Part shown: piece by piece, positions 30,757-40,330 of the stretch
Numbering within the stretch: position 1 is the first letter of the stretch
Layout: each line of letters starts with the position of its first letter
NCBI GenBank assembly: GCA_903834475.1
Contig: CAILJH010000239.1
Coordinates: 24,442 to 88,441 of the forward strand
From: an uncultured Prolixibacteraceae bacterium
GTDB taxonomy: Bacteria; Bacteroidota; Bacteroidia; Bacteroidales; Prolixibacteraceae
Reading direction: 5' to 3'
DNA length: 64,000 nt
Notes under the pieces: generated by a model
Told to the model about the DNA's origin: nothing
Seen by the model: only the letters and a program-made list of their open reading frames with translations
Database searches by the model: none
Position numbers and translations under genes: made by a program

Positions 30757-31045
30757 GATTTGGTTGACGAACTTCCAGTTTCGGGAGTAAGTCTGAAAAG
30801 GGAATCCGGTGGATGCCGGAGCTGTACCCGCAGCTGTATGCCTCTGTAACGTTTTTTGCAACCTCTGCCACTAAGATTAAAAAAGTAAAAATCAACCACA
30901 AAGGCCACAAAGTGCAAACACGAAGAATTTGAAGATCAATATATTCTATGTGAAACTTTGTGGAAGCTTAGTGCTCTTCGTGGTTTTTAACTTTAATATC
31001 CCGGGAAGGCAGCAAAAAGTGAGGTGAGCCAGAAGACCTGCCAGT
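30757..31045 (+). ncRNA. Cobalamin riboswitch with enlarged internal region
   Basis: TGGTT...AAAAGGGAATCCGGTGGATGCCGGAGCTGTACCCGCAGCTGTA...GCCACT...GGGAAGGC...GAGCCAGAAGACCTGCC (B12 box); TACTTTTG -7 box at 30745-30752; btuFCD-like genes downstream. Confidence 0.92.
30894..30985. repeat. Inverted array of CACnAAG / CTTnGTG units inside the riboswitch
   Basis: AACCACAAAG GCCACAAAG..CACGAAG ... CTTTGTGG..CTTAGTG.CTTCGTGGTT. Confidence 0.7.
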
Positions 31046-31151
31046 TCAAGAAAATTTATTCGAATCTTCGGGAAAAAAGATCGGTGAAAGGCAAATGCAA
31101 TTTCCTTTTCATTTCTTCCGGGGCAAATCATTATTTGTAACTTATAAATCT

Positions 31152-32270
31152 ATGAAAATCGGTAAAAATGTTCTGTTCATTTTTATACTTCTATTGATGA
31201 CGACACCAAATATTTACGCACAATCTGAAGTACAAAAGCCAATTCGCTTGGCCATTTCCGGAATGACTCATGGTCACATTGCTTTTATTTTAGGCCGGAA
31301 AGACAAAAGCGATTTTCAACTGGTTGGAGTTTATGAACCGAATACAGAATTGGCTCAAAGGCTGTCGAAAAAGTACGGATTTGATCCTAAACTGATATTC
31401 CATAATCTGGAAAACATGCTGGATCAGGTAAAACCTGAAGCTGTTGTCGCATTTGGATCGGTTTACGAACACCTGGCAACTGTTGAAGCCTGCGCCCCGC
31501 GCGGCATCCATGTGATGGTTGAGAAACCGCTGGCCACAACGGTAGAACATGCCCAACGAATGCTTGAACTTGCTGAAAAGAATCATATCCATTTGCTAAC
31601 CGATTTCGAAACCTCGTGGTATCCGACAACAGTGAAATCATTTCAGTTGGTAAACGACAGCAACTATGTGGGAAACATTAGAAAAGTGGTTATTCACGAC
31701 GGGCATCAGGGACCAAAAGAAATCGGTTGCGAAAAGGAGTTTCTCGATTGGCTGACCGATCCTGTTCAAAATGGTGGCGGTGCTTTGATCGATTTTGGCT
31801 GCTATGGCGCCAACCTGATGACCTATCTGATGAAAGGCGAAGAACCCGTTTCGGTTACCGCGGTCACCCAACATTTTAAACCTGAAATTTATCCTAAAGT
31901 TGACGATGAAGCCACCATCATTGTGAGTTATCCGAAAGCACAGTGCATCATTCAGGCTTCGTGGAACTGGCCGTTTGGCCGGAAGGATATGGAAATTTAC
32001 GGCGATAAAGGCTACCTGATTGCTGCAAACAGCAAAGATATGCGCATGAGAAAAGGTGCGATGAAGGCAGAACAAACCAAAGAATTTACGTCAAAAAATA
32101 TAGCTGTTTACGAAGATCCGTTCTCGTATTTTTTCGATGTGATCCACGAAAAAGTAAAAATGACCAGTTATGATCCATATGCTATGAGCAATAATGTCAC
32201 TGTGGTTCGGATACTGGATGCCGCAAGGGAATCAGCCAAAACCGGAAAAACAGTGATTCTGAAAAAGTAA
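31152..32270 (+). CDS. Exported Gfo/Idh/MocA family oxidoreductase
   Basis: Signal peptide, GMTHGH, HVMVEKPLA, GGGALIDFGCYG, VDDEA. Confidence 0.9.
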   Translation: MKIGKNVLFIFILLLMTTPNIYAQSEVQKPIRLAISGMTHGHIAFILGRKDKSDFQLVGVYEPNTELAQRLSKKYGFDPKLIFHNLENMLDQVKPEAVVAFGSVYEHLATVEACAPRGIHVMVEKPLATTVEHAQRMLELAEKNHIHLLTDFETSWYPTTVKSFQLVNDSNYVGNIRKVVIHDGHQGPKEIGCEKEFLDWLTDPVQNGGGALIDFGCYGANLMTYLMKGEEPVSVTAVTQHFKPEIYPKVDDEATIIVSYPKAQCIIQASWNWPFGRKDMEIYGDKGYLIAANSKDMRMRKGAMKAEQTKEFTSKNIAVYEDPFSYFFDVIHEKVKMTSYDPYAMSNNVTVVRILDAARESAKTGKTVILKK

Positions 32271-32271
32271 A

Positions 32272-33081
32272 ATGAAAAGAATTTATTCCTTATTTCTAAT
32301 TCTGCTTGTTTGCCAGATTTACGGCCAGGCACAGGATGCGAAACGCATTGTTTCGCTGGTTCCGTGGGTGACTAAAAGTTTATACGTCATGGGCGAACAG
32401 AGCCGTTTGGTGGGTTGCACGAGCTTTTGCCCGGTTGAGGCTGCTGATAAAATTGAGGTGGTGGCTAACGCGATGAACATCAACATCGAAAAAGTGCTGT
32501 TGCTGAAACCTGATGTGGTGATTGCCTCGTCGTTAATCAAGCCTGAAACCATAGATAATTTGCGAAAACTGGGACTGAAAGTCGTTTACCAGGCTTATCC
32601 CAAATCGTTTGAAGAGATTTGTGCCTATTTTATTCAGATTGGCGAATTGGTTGGTCAGGGTGCAAAGGCGAAGGAAGTTGTCGATCAGCAAAAGTCCCGT
32701 CTGGAAAAATTAAAAGCTGGCATTCCCTCAGGAAAAAATCCCAATGTTTTCATTCAGATTGGTGCAAAACCTTTGTTCTGCGCAGTTCCTGACACGTTTA
32801 TGGACGATTTTATCCGCTTTTCAGGAGGGAAAAATGTTGCCGCTGAACTAAAGCTTGGAAGTGTTACCCGAGAATATGTGCTGAAACAAAATCCGGATGT
32901 CGTTTTCATCGTCACCATGGGAATTGTGGCTCAGGAAGAAAAAGATATCTGGCTGAGCTATTCAGCGCTGTCGGCAAGCAAAAGCAAAAAGATTTTTATT
33001 TTGGATGCCGATAAAACCTGCAGTCCGACACCGATATTGTTTGTAGATGCGCTTGAAGAAATGATTAAGCTGATGTATTGA
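32272..33081 (+). CDS. btuF: Cobalamin ABC transporter periplasmic binding protein (helical-backbone receptor)
   Basis: RIVSLVP..T, LVGCTSFC, NIEKVLLLKPD, QNPDVV; under the B12 riboswitch. Confidence 0.75.
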   Translation: MKRIYSLFLILLVCQIYGQAQDAKRIVSLVPWVTKSLYVMGEQSRLVGCTSFCPVEAADKIEVVANAMNINIEKVLLLKPDVVIASSLIKPETIDNLRKLGLKVVYQAYPKSFEEICAYFIQIGELVGQGAKAKEVVDQQKSRLEKLKAGIPSGKNPNVFIQIGAKPLFCAVPDTFMDDFIRFSGGKNVAAELKLGSVTREYVLKQNPDVVFIVTMGIVAQEEKDIWLSYSALSASKSKKIFILDADKTCSPTPILFVDALEEMIKLMY

Positions 33082-33084
33082 AAG

Positions 33085-33190
33085 GAGTTCGAAGTTCGGA
33101 GTGAACTAAAGTGCCTAAAGTAAAGAACAATTGACAATTTACCGGAACCGACAAAAAAATGGTAAATAGTAAATGAAAAAATAGTAAATA
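33085..33190. repeat. Cluster of degenerate 7- to 10-mer tandem repeats between btuF and btuC
   Basis: GGAGTTC-GAAGTTC-GGAGT; GTGAACTAAA-GTGCCTAAA-GT; AATTGAC-AATTTAC; AAATGGT-AAATAGT-AAATGAA..AAATAGT. Confidence 0.5.
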
Positions 33191-33195
33191 AATAG

Positions 33196-34218
33196 ATGCA
33201 GAAAAAATACCTTCAATGGATTGTTTACCTGTCAGGATTGATGGTTCTGCTGGTGGCTTCGGTGATTCTGTCGCTGTCGGTGGGTGAAATGAATCTCGGA
33301 TTCATGGATATTTTTAAAATCCTGCGGGAAGGAAATACCAGCATGGAATACACCATTGTGAGTCAAATCCGGCTTCCGCGCGTACTCCTCGGAATCGCAG
33401 TGGGTGGTTCGCTCAGCCTTTCCGGAATATTGTTGCAGGGCGTTTACCGCAACCCATTGGTAGAACCTTATACATTGGGGATTTCGGGAGGAGCATCTTT
33501 GGGCGTGGCCTTTGCCATTGTGTTCGGTTTGCATCAGCTTATCGGTTCATTCATACTACCCGCAAGCGGTTTTATCGGTGCGTTTCTCATCATTTTCGTC
33601 GTTTATACCATCAGTTCCAGAACGGGCCGAATCAATATTCAAAGCATGTTGCTCACAGGAGTAATGGTGAGTTTCATTTCTTCATCGTCGATGATGCTTC
33701 TGATGGCAATCACCAGTTCCGAAAACCTGCATGGAATTATTTTCTGGATCATGGGTTCGCTCGACGAGCCGGATATGTCGCTCATATACATTACCATGGT
33801 GATGGCAATTGCTTCACTGGTCGCTTCGTACTTTTTTGTTCAGCCGCTCAATGCTTTGCGACTTGGCGAAGAAAAAGCCAAACACCTCGGAATTAACACC
33901 GATACCACAATCAAACTTCTGTTTCTGCTTGCTTCTCTGCTTGCCGGGGTTTGTGTGGCTGTGGCCGGAGTCATCGGTTTTGTCGGCCTGATTATTCCAC
34001 ACCTGATGCGCCTTCTGGTTGGTTCCGATTACCGGATCCTGCTGGTCAGTTCATTCCTTTCAGGTTCAATCTTTTTGGTTTTGTCCGACATCATTGCCCG
34101 AACCATTATTTCGCCTAACGAACTACCCATTGGAGTAATCACAGGTATTGTTGGCGGCATCGTATTTTTAATCATGATGAGCCGTTCGACGGTTCGATCA
34201 TTAAAAACTAACGGCTGA
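33196..34218 (+). CDS. btuC: FecCD/BtuC family ABC permease
   Basis: IRLPR, RNPLVEPYTLGISGGA, LGEEKAKHLG, IGFVGLIIPH, LPIGVIT. Confidence 0.75.
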   Translation: MQKKYLQWIVYLSGLMVLLVASVILSLSVGEMNLGFMDIFKILREGNTSMEYTIVSQIRLPRVLLGIAVGGSLSLSGILLQGVYRNPLVEPYTLGISGGASLGVAFAIVFGLHQLIGSFILPASGFIGAFLIIFVVYTISSRTGRINIQSMLLTGVMVSFISSSSMMLLMAITSSENLHGIIFWIMGSLDEPDMSLIYITMVMAIASLVASYFFVQPLNALRLGEEKAKHLGINTDTTIKLLFLLASLLAGVCVAVAGVIGFVGLIIPHLMRLLVGSDYRILLVSSFLSGSIFLVLSDIIARTIISPNELPIGVITGIVGGIVFLIMMSRSTVRSLKTNG

Positions 34219-35042
34219 TGATTCCGAACATTCTGAGCATACAAAGCCTTTGCTGTGGATATCCGAAATTTCAGTTATCAGATATCAAAATTGATATTCC
34301 CAAAGGATCCTTCGCCGGAATTATCGGTCCAAACGGCTCAGGAAAAACAACACTTTTTCGCGCGATTACCGGAACACTGAGCATTCTGTCCGGCAAAATT
34401 TTGCTCAATGAACAAAATCTCCGGAAACTCTCACCACGTCTGAGAGCGCAGAACATTGCCATTGTCAGCCAGTTTATCGAGGCAGGCGACATGAGCGTGG
34501 AAGATTATGTGCTGATGGGACGGATTCCTTATCACAGTCGTTTCAGCTTTTTTGAAGGTGAGGAAGATTTCGAAATTGCCCAAAAATATATGGAGATGAC
34601 CGATACCTGGCGGTTCAAAGACCGGCTGATGTCTGAATTGAGTGGTGGTGAACAGCAACTGGCAGCGATTGCCCGTGCACTGACTCAGCAACCACAACTT
34701 CTTCTGCTCGACGAACCTACTTCGCACCTCGATATTACGCATCAGGTTCATATCCTGAATGTGCTGCAGCAACTGAATCAGGAAATGGGTTTGTCGGTTT
34801 TGATGGTCATTCACGACCTGAATCTGGCCTCGGAATACTGTGACCAGCTTATTCTGGTTAATCAGGGTAAGATTCATACCCAGGGTACTCCGGAAGAAGT
34901 ACTGACTTTTCAGCATATTGAGGATGTCTATAAAACGGTTGTAGTTACCCAATCCAATCCATTGTCGGGTAAACCAGCTGTTTTTCTGGCTTCACGAAAA
35001 GTGTTGAAAGAGATCCGGGACAAACTGGCTAATACTCAATAA
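34218..35042 (+). CDS. btuD: Cobalamin/Fe-siderophore ABC ATPase
   Basis: GPNGSGKT, LSGGEQQ, LLLDEPTSHLD, HDLNLA. Confidence 0.75.
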   Translation: MIPNILSIQSLCCGYPKFQLSDIKIDIPKGSFAGIIGPNGSGKTTLFRAITGTLSILSGKILLNEQNLRKLSPRLRAQNIAIVSQFIEAGDMSVEDYVLMGRIPYHSRFSFFEGEEDFEIAQKYMEMTDTWRFKDRLMSELSGGEQQLAAIARALTQQPQLLLLDEPTSHLDITHQVHILNVLQQLNQEMGLSVLMVIHDLNLASEYCDQLILVNQGKIHTQGTPEEVLTFQHIEDVYKTVVVTQSNPLSGKPAVFLASRKVLKEIRDKLANTQ

Positions 35043-35112
35043 ATCTGAAATTTGGCATCAATTATTTTCCTGCAAGTCAATAACTTCAAGTGAAACTTAA
35101 AATCTTTTCCTT

Positions 35113-35943
35113 ATGAATCCCGTTCAAACATCGAAAGTCAAACTAAACAATGGCATTGAAATGCCATGGCTGGGTCTTGGTGTATTTCAGTCGAAGGAAG
35201 GGCCGGAGGTTGAAAATGCTGTAAAATGTGCTCTTGAAACCGGTTACCGGAGCATTGATACCGCTGCAATGTACCATAACGAACATGGAGTAGGGAAGGC
35301 CATTCTTGAAAGTGGAATCCCTCGTCATGAAATTTTCCTGACCACTAAAATCTGGAACAGCGATCAGGGTTACCAATCTACTTTCCGCGCATTCGAAAAA
35401 AGTCTGGAAAAACTGCAGACCGATTACATTGACCTTTACCTGATTCACTGGCCAAAAGGAGAATTGTCGGTCGAAACCTGGAAGGCCATGGAAGAACTAT
35501 ATGAACAGGGACGGATTCGTGCCATTGGGGTAAGTAATTTTTTGGTTCATCAACTGAAACACTTGATAGCAAATTCTAGGATCAACCCAATGGTTAACCA
35601 GTTTGAATTTCACCCGAGGTTGATTCAGCCTGACTTGCTGAAGTTTTGTAAGGACAATCAGATTCAGGTGGAAGCATGGCGGCCAATCATGGAAGGAAAA
35701 GTAAACGATATTCCGGTTATTCAGGAATTGTCTGTGAAATATCAGAAATCACCAGTTCAGATTGTGTTGAGGTGGGACATTCAAAAAGGAGTGGTAACTA
35801 TTCCCAAATCAGTTCATCCGGAACGAATCCGGCATAATGCTGATATTTTCGATTTTGAACTGACGAAGGAAGACATGGCCAAAATTGACGGCCTCGATTG
35901 GCATGCCCGAATAGGAGCCGATCCTGATAATTTTAATTTTTAA
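35113..35943 (+). CDS. Aldo/keto reductase
   Basis: GYRSIDTA..Y, DLYLIHWP, IGVSNF, IPKS. Confidence 0.95.
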   Translation: MNPVQTSKVKLNNGIEMPWLGLGVFQSKEGPEVENAVKCALETGYRSIDTAAMYHNEHGVGKAILESGIPRHEIFLTTKIWNSDQGYQSTFRAFEKSLEKLQTDYIDLYLIHWPKGELSVETWKAMEELYEQGRIRAIGVSNFLVHQLKHLIANSRINPMVNQFEFHPRLIQPDLLKFCKDNQIQVEAWRPIMEGKVNDIPVIQELSVKYQKSPVQIVLRWDIQKGVVTIPKSVHPERIRHNADIFDFELTKEDMAKIDGLDWHARIGADPDNFNF

Positions 35944-35981
35944 AAATAGAAATCCTAAATCAATCTCCGGATTTTAAAAAG

Positions 35982-36010
35982 AAAGGCTGATCTCATGTGA
36001 CCAGCCTTTT
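35982..36010. terminator. Bidirectional intrinsic terminator
   Basis: AAAGGCTG...CAGCCTTTT between convergent genes. Confidence 0.7.
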
Positions 36011-36048
36011 GTGATGTTATATTTTAGATGATGAGTGTATAAGATTTA

Positions 36049-37662
36049 CTATTTTACTGTCATACGTAACTCATTTTTTAAAGCCAGTCCATTGGCGGTC
36101 ATCGTCCATGTTTTGCCTGTCATATCTCCATCCCACATATTTTCGGTATTTTCAATATCGAAGATGATGTCAGCCAGATTTTTATTCAGGAAAACAGATT
36201 TGCCTTCAGGTACTTTCAGGATCATCGAAACTTCCTGATCTCGCCATTTTGCATCATCTTTCAGGAAATAATACGGATCGAACCGAAGCGTTGAATCTTT
36301 TTGGGAAAAATTGTACTCAATTTGTTCCACATTTTTTTGTGCATCTTCGGTGCTGCTTCCGCGTGCGCGTTTTTTAACCAAGAGCAAATATTCGCCGGTA
36401 CTGCTTTTCTCCACGGTAAACTGAGGATGTCCAAGCATTTTTTCTTTTCCGTTCACCATGGCAATTTTCATGCGGTCGAGCGAAATGTGATCTTCAATCA
36501 TCGATGAATACAAGTCGTCAGTTGTTTCCAGATAAAGAGTTTTGCAGGTGGCGCAATCAACCTTTTGAGTGATGGTCTGGCTCGTTTGTTTGCCGAAGTT
36601 TCCTACCTGATTAACTCCTATGACAATTAACACAATGAGTGCAACCAGCCAAAGTCCGAAGGATCCCAATCCGATGATTTTGTTATTGGTTTTGTACCTG
36701 AACAACAGTTTTGTACCTACAAAAAGCAGCAGTAAAATCGGAATTCCGGCTAAGATTGAAATTGCAATTAACGAAATGAAATATGCCTGCGGACTAATAA
36801 ATTGATGTAGCAATCCGGTCATATTAATATTGCTATCCAGTCCAAACGACCACGGACCTCCGTGCATGAAAGACTCTCCAACAGCGATTGAGGCAATAAA
36901 TCCGATGAGACTTCCAATTCCGATAATGATAAGAATTATCCCAAAAATGAGGATACTAACCCGTAAAACTACCCTGAAAATGCTGGTAACGACATCGCCA
37001 AAATGTTCCCTGCGGATATTCCCATCGGTTGCGGAAGTATTTTTATATCGGTTGATATTCTCTCCAACTTCATTCACATCTTCCCGGATTGTTTTTTCGA
37101 TATTAAAAACCGTCGCTTCCTTTCCTTTCATTTCTAGCTTCTGTGCGGTGGTTTTGGCTTTCGGCACAACGATCCACAGGACTAAATAAATCAAGAATCC
37201 TGCACCGCCCATAAAAATGGAAAGAACGAATAGGATGCGTAGAATAACGACATCGATATTAAAATAGGCACCCATTCCGGAGCAAACGCCACCAAGTACC
37301 CGGCTGTCGCCGTCGCGGTATAAACGTCGCCGCAATTTCTGTTCGCCTTCCTAAAATGCTCCTTCAGCCTGTGGTTTTGCTGATGCATTTTCATCATCCG
37401 GTTCCAGAAAATCTTCCGGTTTTCCCATTCGGGCCATCACCTCATTGACCATGGCATCGGTAATTACCTCCACCTTATTGCCGGTTTTTTCGATGAAAAG
37501 TTCAGCAATACGTGCTTCAATGTCCTGAAGTATTTCCTGACCCTCTTCAGCAGTTCCAAAATGGCGGTTCAGCATTTGAAGATATCGTTGAAGTTTTTCG
37601 AAAGCGTCATCATCAATGTGGAAGATACTTCCACTTATATTTATTGTAAATGTCTTTTTCAT
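36049..37662 (-). pseudogene. PspC-domain membrane protein interrupted by one in-frame TAG (37351-37353)
   Basis: ORFs 37351..37662 and 36049..37335 share a frame: ...AEGAF*EGEQKLRRRLYRDGDSRVLGGVCSG (PspC motif); follows padR. Confidence 0.8.
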
Positions 37663-37706
37663 TGGTATATAATTTTCGATTTATTTTTCTTTATACAGTG
37701 AATGAT

Positions 37707-38036
37707 CTATTTATGTTCCTTGATCATCCGGACTGCTTCAACTAATTCATCCCACGATTCTCCCATTTCGTTCAGGAAAGTGCGACCATCATCAGTAACC
37801 TCGTAGTATTTACGGGGCGGCCCCTGAGTTGATTCTTCCCATTTGTAGGTGAGTAATCCGTCATTTTTCAGACGCGTTAGCAGAGGATAAAGGGTTCCTT
37901 CCACTACGATCATCTTCGAGTTTTTTAATTCCTCGATGATGTCGCTTGCATACAAAGGTTTTCCATCGATTACCAGCAGGATGCAGTATTCGAGAACGCC
38001 TTTGCGCATTTGAGCTTTTGTGTTGTCCAGATTCAT
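37707..38036 (-). CDS. PadR family transcriptional regulator
   Basis: QMRKGVLEYCIL, EGTLYPLLTRL, GPPRKYY. Confidence 0.95.
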   Translation of the reverse strand: MNLDNTKAQMRKGVLEYCILLVIDGKPLYASDIIEELKNSKMIVVEGTLYPLLTRLKNDGLLTYKWEESTQGPPRKYYEVTDDGRTFLNEMGESWDELVEAVRMIKEHK

Positions 38037-38152
38037 TGTTGTTTCCTCCTAAAATTTGTTCTAAATCGATCTCCTCCATTTTCCCCATTCGGGTCATCTG
38101 TCCATTTCGGCTTCAACTTTTCTTTTTTCTGAGCATTGTGATTTTTTTTCAT
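38033..38152 (-). CDS. Possible 39-aa leader ORF coupled to padR
   Basis: MKKNHNAQKKEKLKPKWTDDPNGENGGDRFRTNFRRKQQ*; stop overlaps the padR start (ATGA). Confidence 0.35.
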   Translation of the reverse strand: MKKNHNAQKKEKLKPKWTDDPNGENGGDRFRTNFRRKQQ

Positions 38153-38224
38153 GGCTTTGAGGTTTTAAAGTGTCTACCTTCTTTAGCATTGTTATTGGCT
38201 TTACAAACATACGAACAATAAATG

Positions 38225-38245
38225 GAACTATGCTACACAAAGTAC
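38225..38245. promoter_or_regulatory. Candidate PadR operator
   Basis: Imperfect IR ACTATG-N5-CAAAGT upstream of the padR-pspC operon. Confidence 0.4.
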
Positions 38246-38474
38246 TAAAATTTTACAAATAATTCAGTATATTTTTCAAATGGCTGATATACAGCAATAA
38301 AATGAAGGTGTGACAGGTTTCAGTTTTTGAATAGGAGGAATAATATCATCAAGTTGAGTTGTATTTTTGTGATATCAAGGAGAACAATCTATGCGGGGAA
38401 TCGCAGAATTAAAACTTCTCCGGAATAAATTCTGAAAATTTCAGGTGCTCACTCAATCAGAATCATGGTTCGCG

Positions 38475-38512
38475 AAAAAAGAAAACCGCCCCAAAGTTGC
38501 TTTGAGGCGGTT
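38475..38512 (-). terminator. Intrinsic terminator
   Basis: AACCGCCCCAAAG-TTG-CTTTGAGGCGGTT with A-run on the left. Confidence 0.75.
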
Positions 38513-38749
38513 GTTTCATTTTGTGCTCTTGAGGTGGTTATATTTCACATAAACGAACCTATTGTTTCATGAAATATTGGGAATTCAAATGTAGATTCTT
38601 GAAATTCATTCCGGCTATAAATAGAGCTCTATTTTGTGTATGGGACTGTATTTGTGTCGAATGGTACGATTTAAACGATGAACCGATGAGTTTTAGAAAA
38701 TCAGTCTGGCAGAACAGTGTAATTTAATCTCTATTTTCGGGAAATTGAT

Positions 38750-39301
38750 TTAAAATAGGGTTTCGGCCCATTCCCGTTTCAGTAAACTGAAGACTTCCAG
38801 ATCAATGTATTCATGATTGTGCCGTTCGCCGGCACGTTCAATTCCTTCGAATGAAAAGCCAAGCCGATGGGGAATTGCGCAGCTTTTATCATTTCCAATT
38901 CCGCACCGGATCTGAATGCGGTTCATTTCCATGTTTCGAAAAGCAAGATTGACCATTTTCCGGGTAGCCGCAGTGGCCACTCCTTTGCCGGTCATCTTTT
39001 CGGTTAACCAATATCCAATTTCAATTTTATCGTTGATCCGGTCAGCATCTTTAAAGCCAATTAATCCGGCAAATTCGTGTTTAAACCAGATAACATATAC
39101 TTCATCCCGGATTGAAATTGGTTTTTCCAATATGGATCGGACAAATCTTTCGGTATCGGCAATACGAATCGTAAAATCGACAAATGGCAGCCATTTCCGA
39201 AGGAACTTCCGGTTTTGGTCGATGGCATTAAAAATTACCTCAACATGCGAGAGGGTTAGCTTTTCCAGAAATTGGTTTTCATCAATGGTCAGTTTTTCCA
39301 T
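38750..39301 (-). CDS. GNAT RimJ/RimL family N-acetyltransferase
   Basis: NRKFLRKWLPFV, EIGYWL..KMTGKG, NDKSCAIPHRLGF.FEG. Confidence 0.9.
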   Translation of the reverse strand: MEKLTIDENQFLEKLTLSHVEVIFNAIDQNRKFLRKWLPFVDFTIRIADTERFVRSILEKPISIRDEVYVIWFKHEFAGLIGFKDADRINDKIEIGYWLTEKMTGKGVATAATRKMVNLAFRNMEMNRIQIRCGIGNDKSCAIPHRLGFSFEGIERAGERHNHEYIDLEVFSLLKREWAETLF

Positions 39302-39465
39302 GTAATTCAGGTTCAAAAATAGGTTTGAATCAATAGCCAAAATACAACAAAATGATGAATGTTTTATTCGGATTCCGATTTGATTATCTTTGTTTCAATC
39401 CTGAAAATCTGGGTGCAAGTTTTAAGTAATTAATTAACTGATTTTGAATTCAAATGCTTTCTCCA

Positions 39466-40272
39466 ATGAAGAAAACTTTATTACTGATTGGATTTGCCTG
39501 CTTTTTGATTAACCTGAATTGCGCTTTCGCTGAAACAAAAGTGCAGATTGAAACCGATTTTGGAATCATCAAAATCAGGCTTTTTGATGAGACTCCGTTG
39601 CATCGCGACAATTTCATCAAACTTGTAAATGATGGAGTTTATACCGATTTGCTATTTCACCGTGTAATTCAGGGATTCATGATACAGGGCGGGGATCCTG
39701 ATTCAAAAAATGCTGAACCCGGCAAAAGGCTTGGCGAAGGCAATCTGGGATATACCATTCCTGCTGAATTCAATCCAAAATTCTTTCACCATCGGGGTGT
39801 TTTAGCTGCTGCCCGCGAGGGTGATCAGGCAAATCCTGAAAAACGATCTTCCGCTTCTCAGTTCTATATTCTTCAGGGAAAAGTATTTCGATCGGGCGAA
39901 TTGGATACGCTGGCCTTAAATCTGTCTGAAAAAAGAAAGCTCAGCTTATTTCAAACCAGAGTTAAAGAAATTGAACCTGAATTGAACAAACTCATGGCAG
40001 AAAGAAAACAAAATGAGCTGACTGCCCGGTTAAATGAAATTAAAGCCGAAGTTTCTGCTGAAGCTGCAACTTTTCCACCTATTACTTTTTCAGAAGAACA
40101 GCGAGGAGCCTATACGACTATCGGAGGTTATCCTTCGCTCGATAATAATTACACCATTTTTGGTGAAGTGTTTGAAGGATTGGACGTTTTGGATAAAATT
40201 GCTTCACAAGCTACGGACCAGTTCAACCGGCCACTTCAGGATATCAAATTCAGGATAACAATGCTCAAATAA
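39466..40272 (+). CDS. Cyclophilin-type peptidyl-prolyl isomerase with helical insertion
   Basis: TPLHRDNF, FHRVIQGFMIQGGD, SQFYI, LDNNYTIFGEV. Confidence 0.93.
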   Translation: MKKTLLLIGFACFLINLNCAFAETKVQIETDFGIIKIRLFDETPLHRDNFIKLVNDGVYTDLLFHRVIQGFMIQGGDPDSKNAEPGKRLGEGNLGYTIPAEFNPKFFHHRGVLAAAREGDQANPEKRSSASQFYILQGKVFRSGELDTLALNLSEKRKLSLFQTRVKEIEPELNKLMAERKQNELTARLNEIKAEVSAEAATFPPITFSEEQRGAYTTIGGYPSLDNNYTIFGEVFEGLDVLDKIASQATDQFNRPLQDIKFRITMLK

Positions 40273-40330
40273 ACATTTTTTAAATCAAATTTAATAATAA
40301 CCTAAGTGTCTAACCAACAAATCTTTTATC

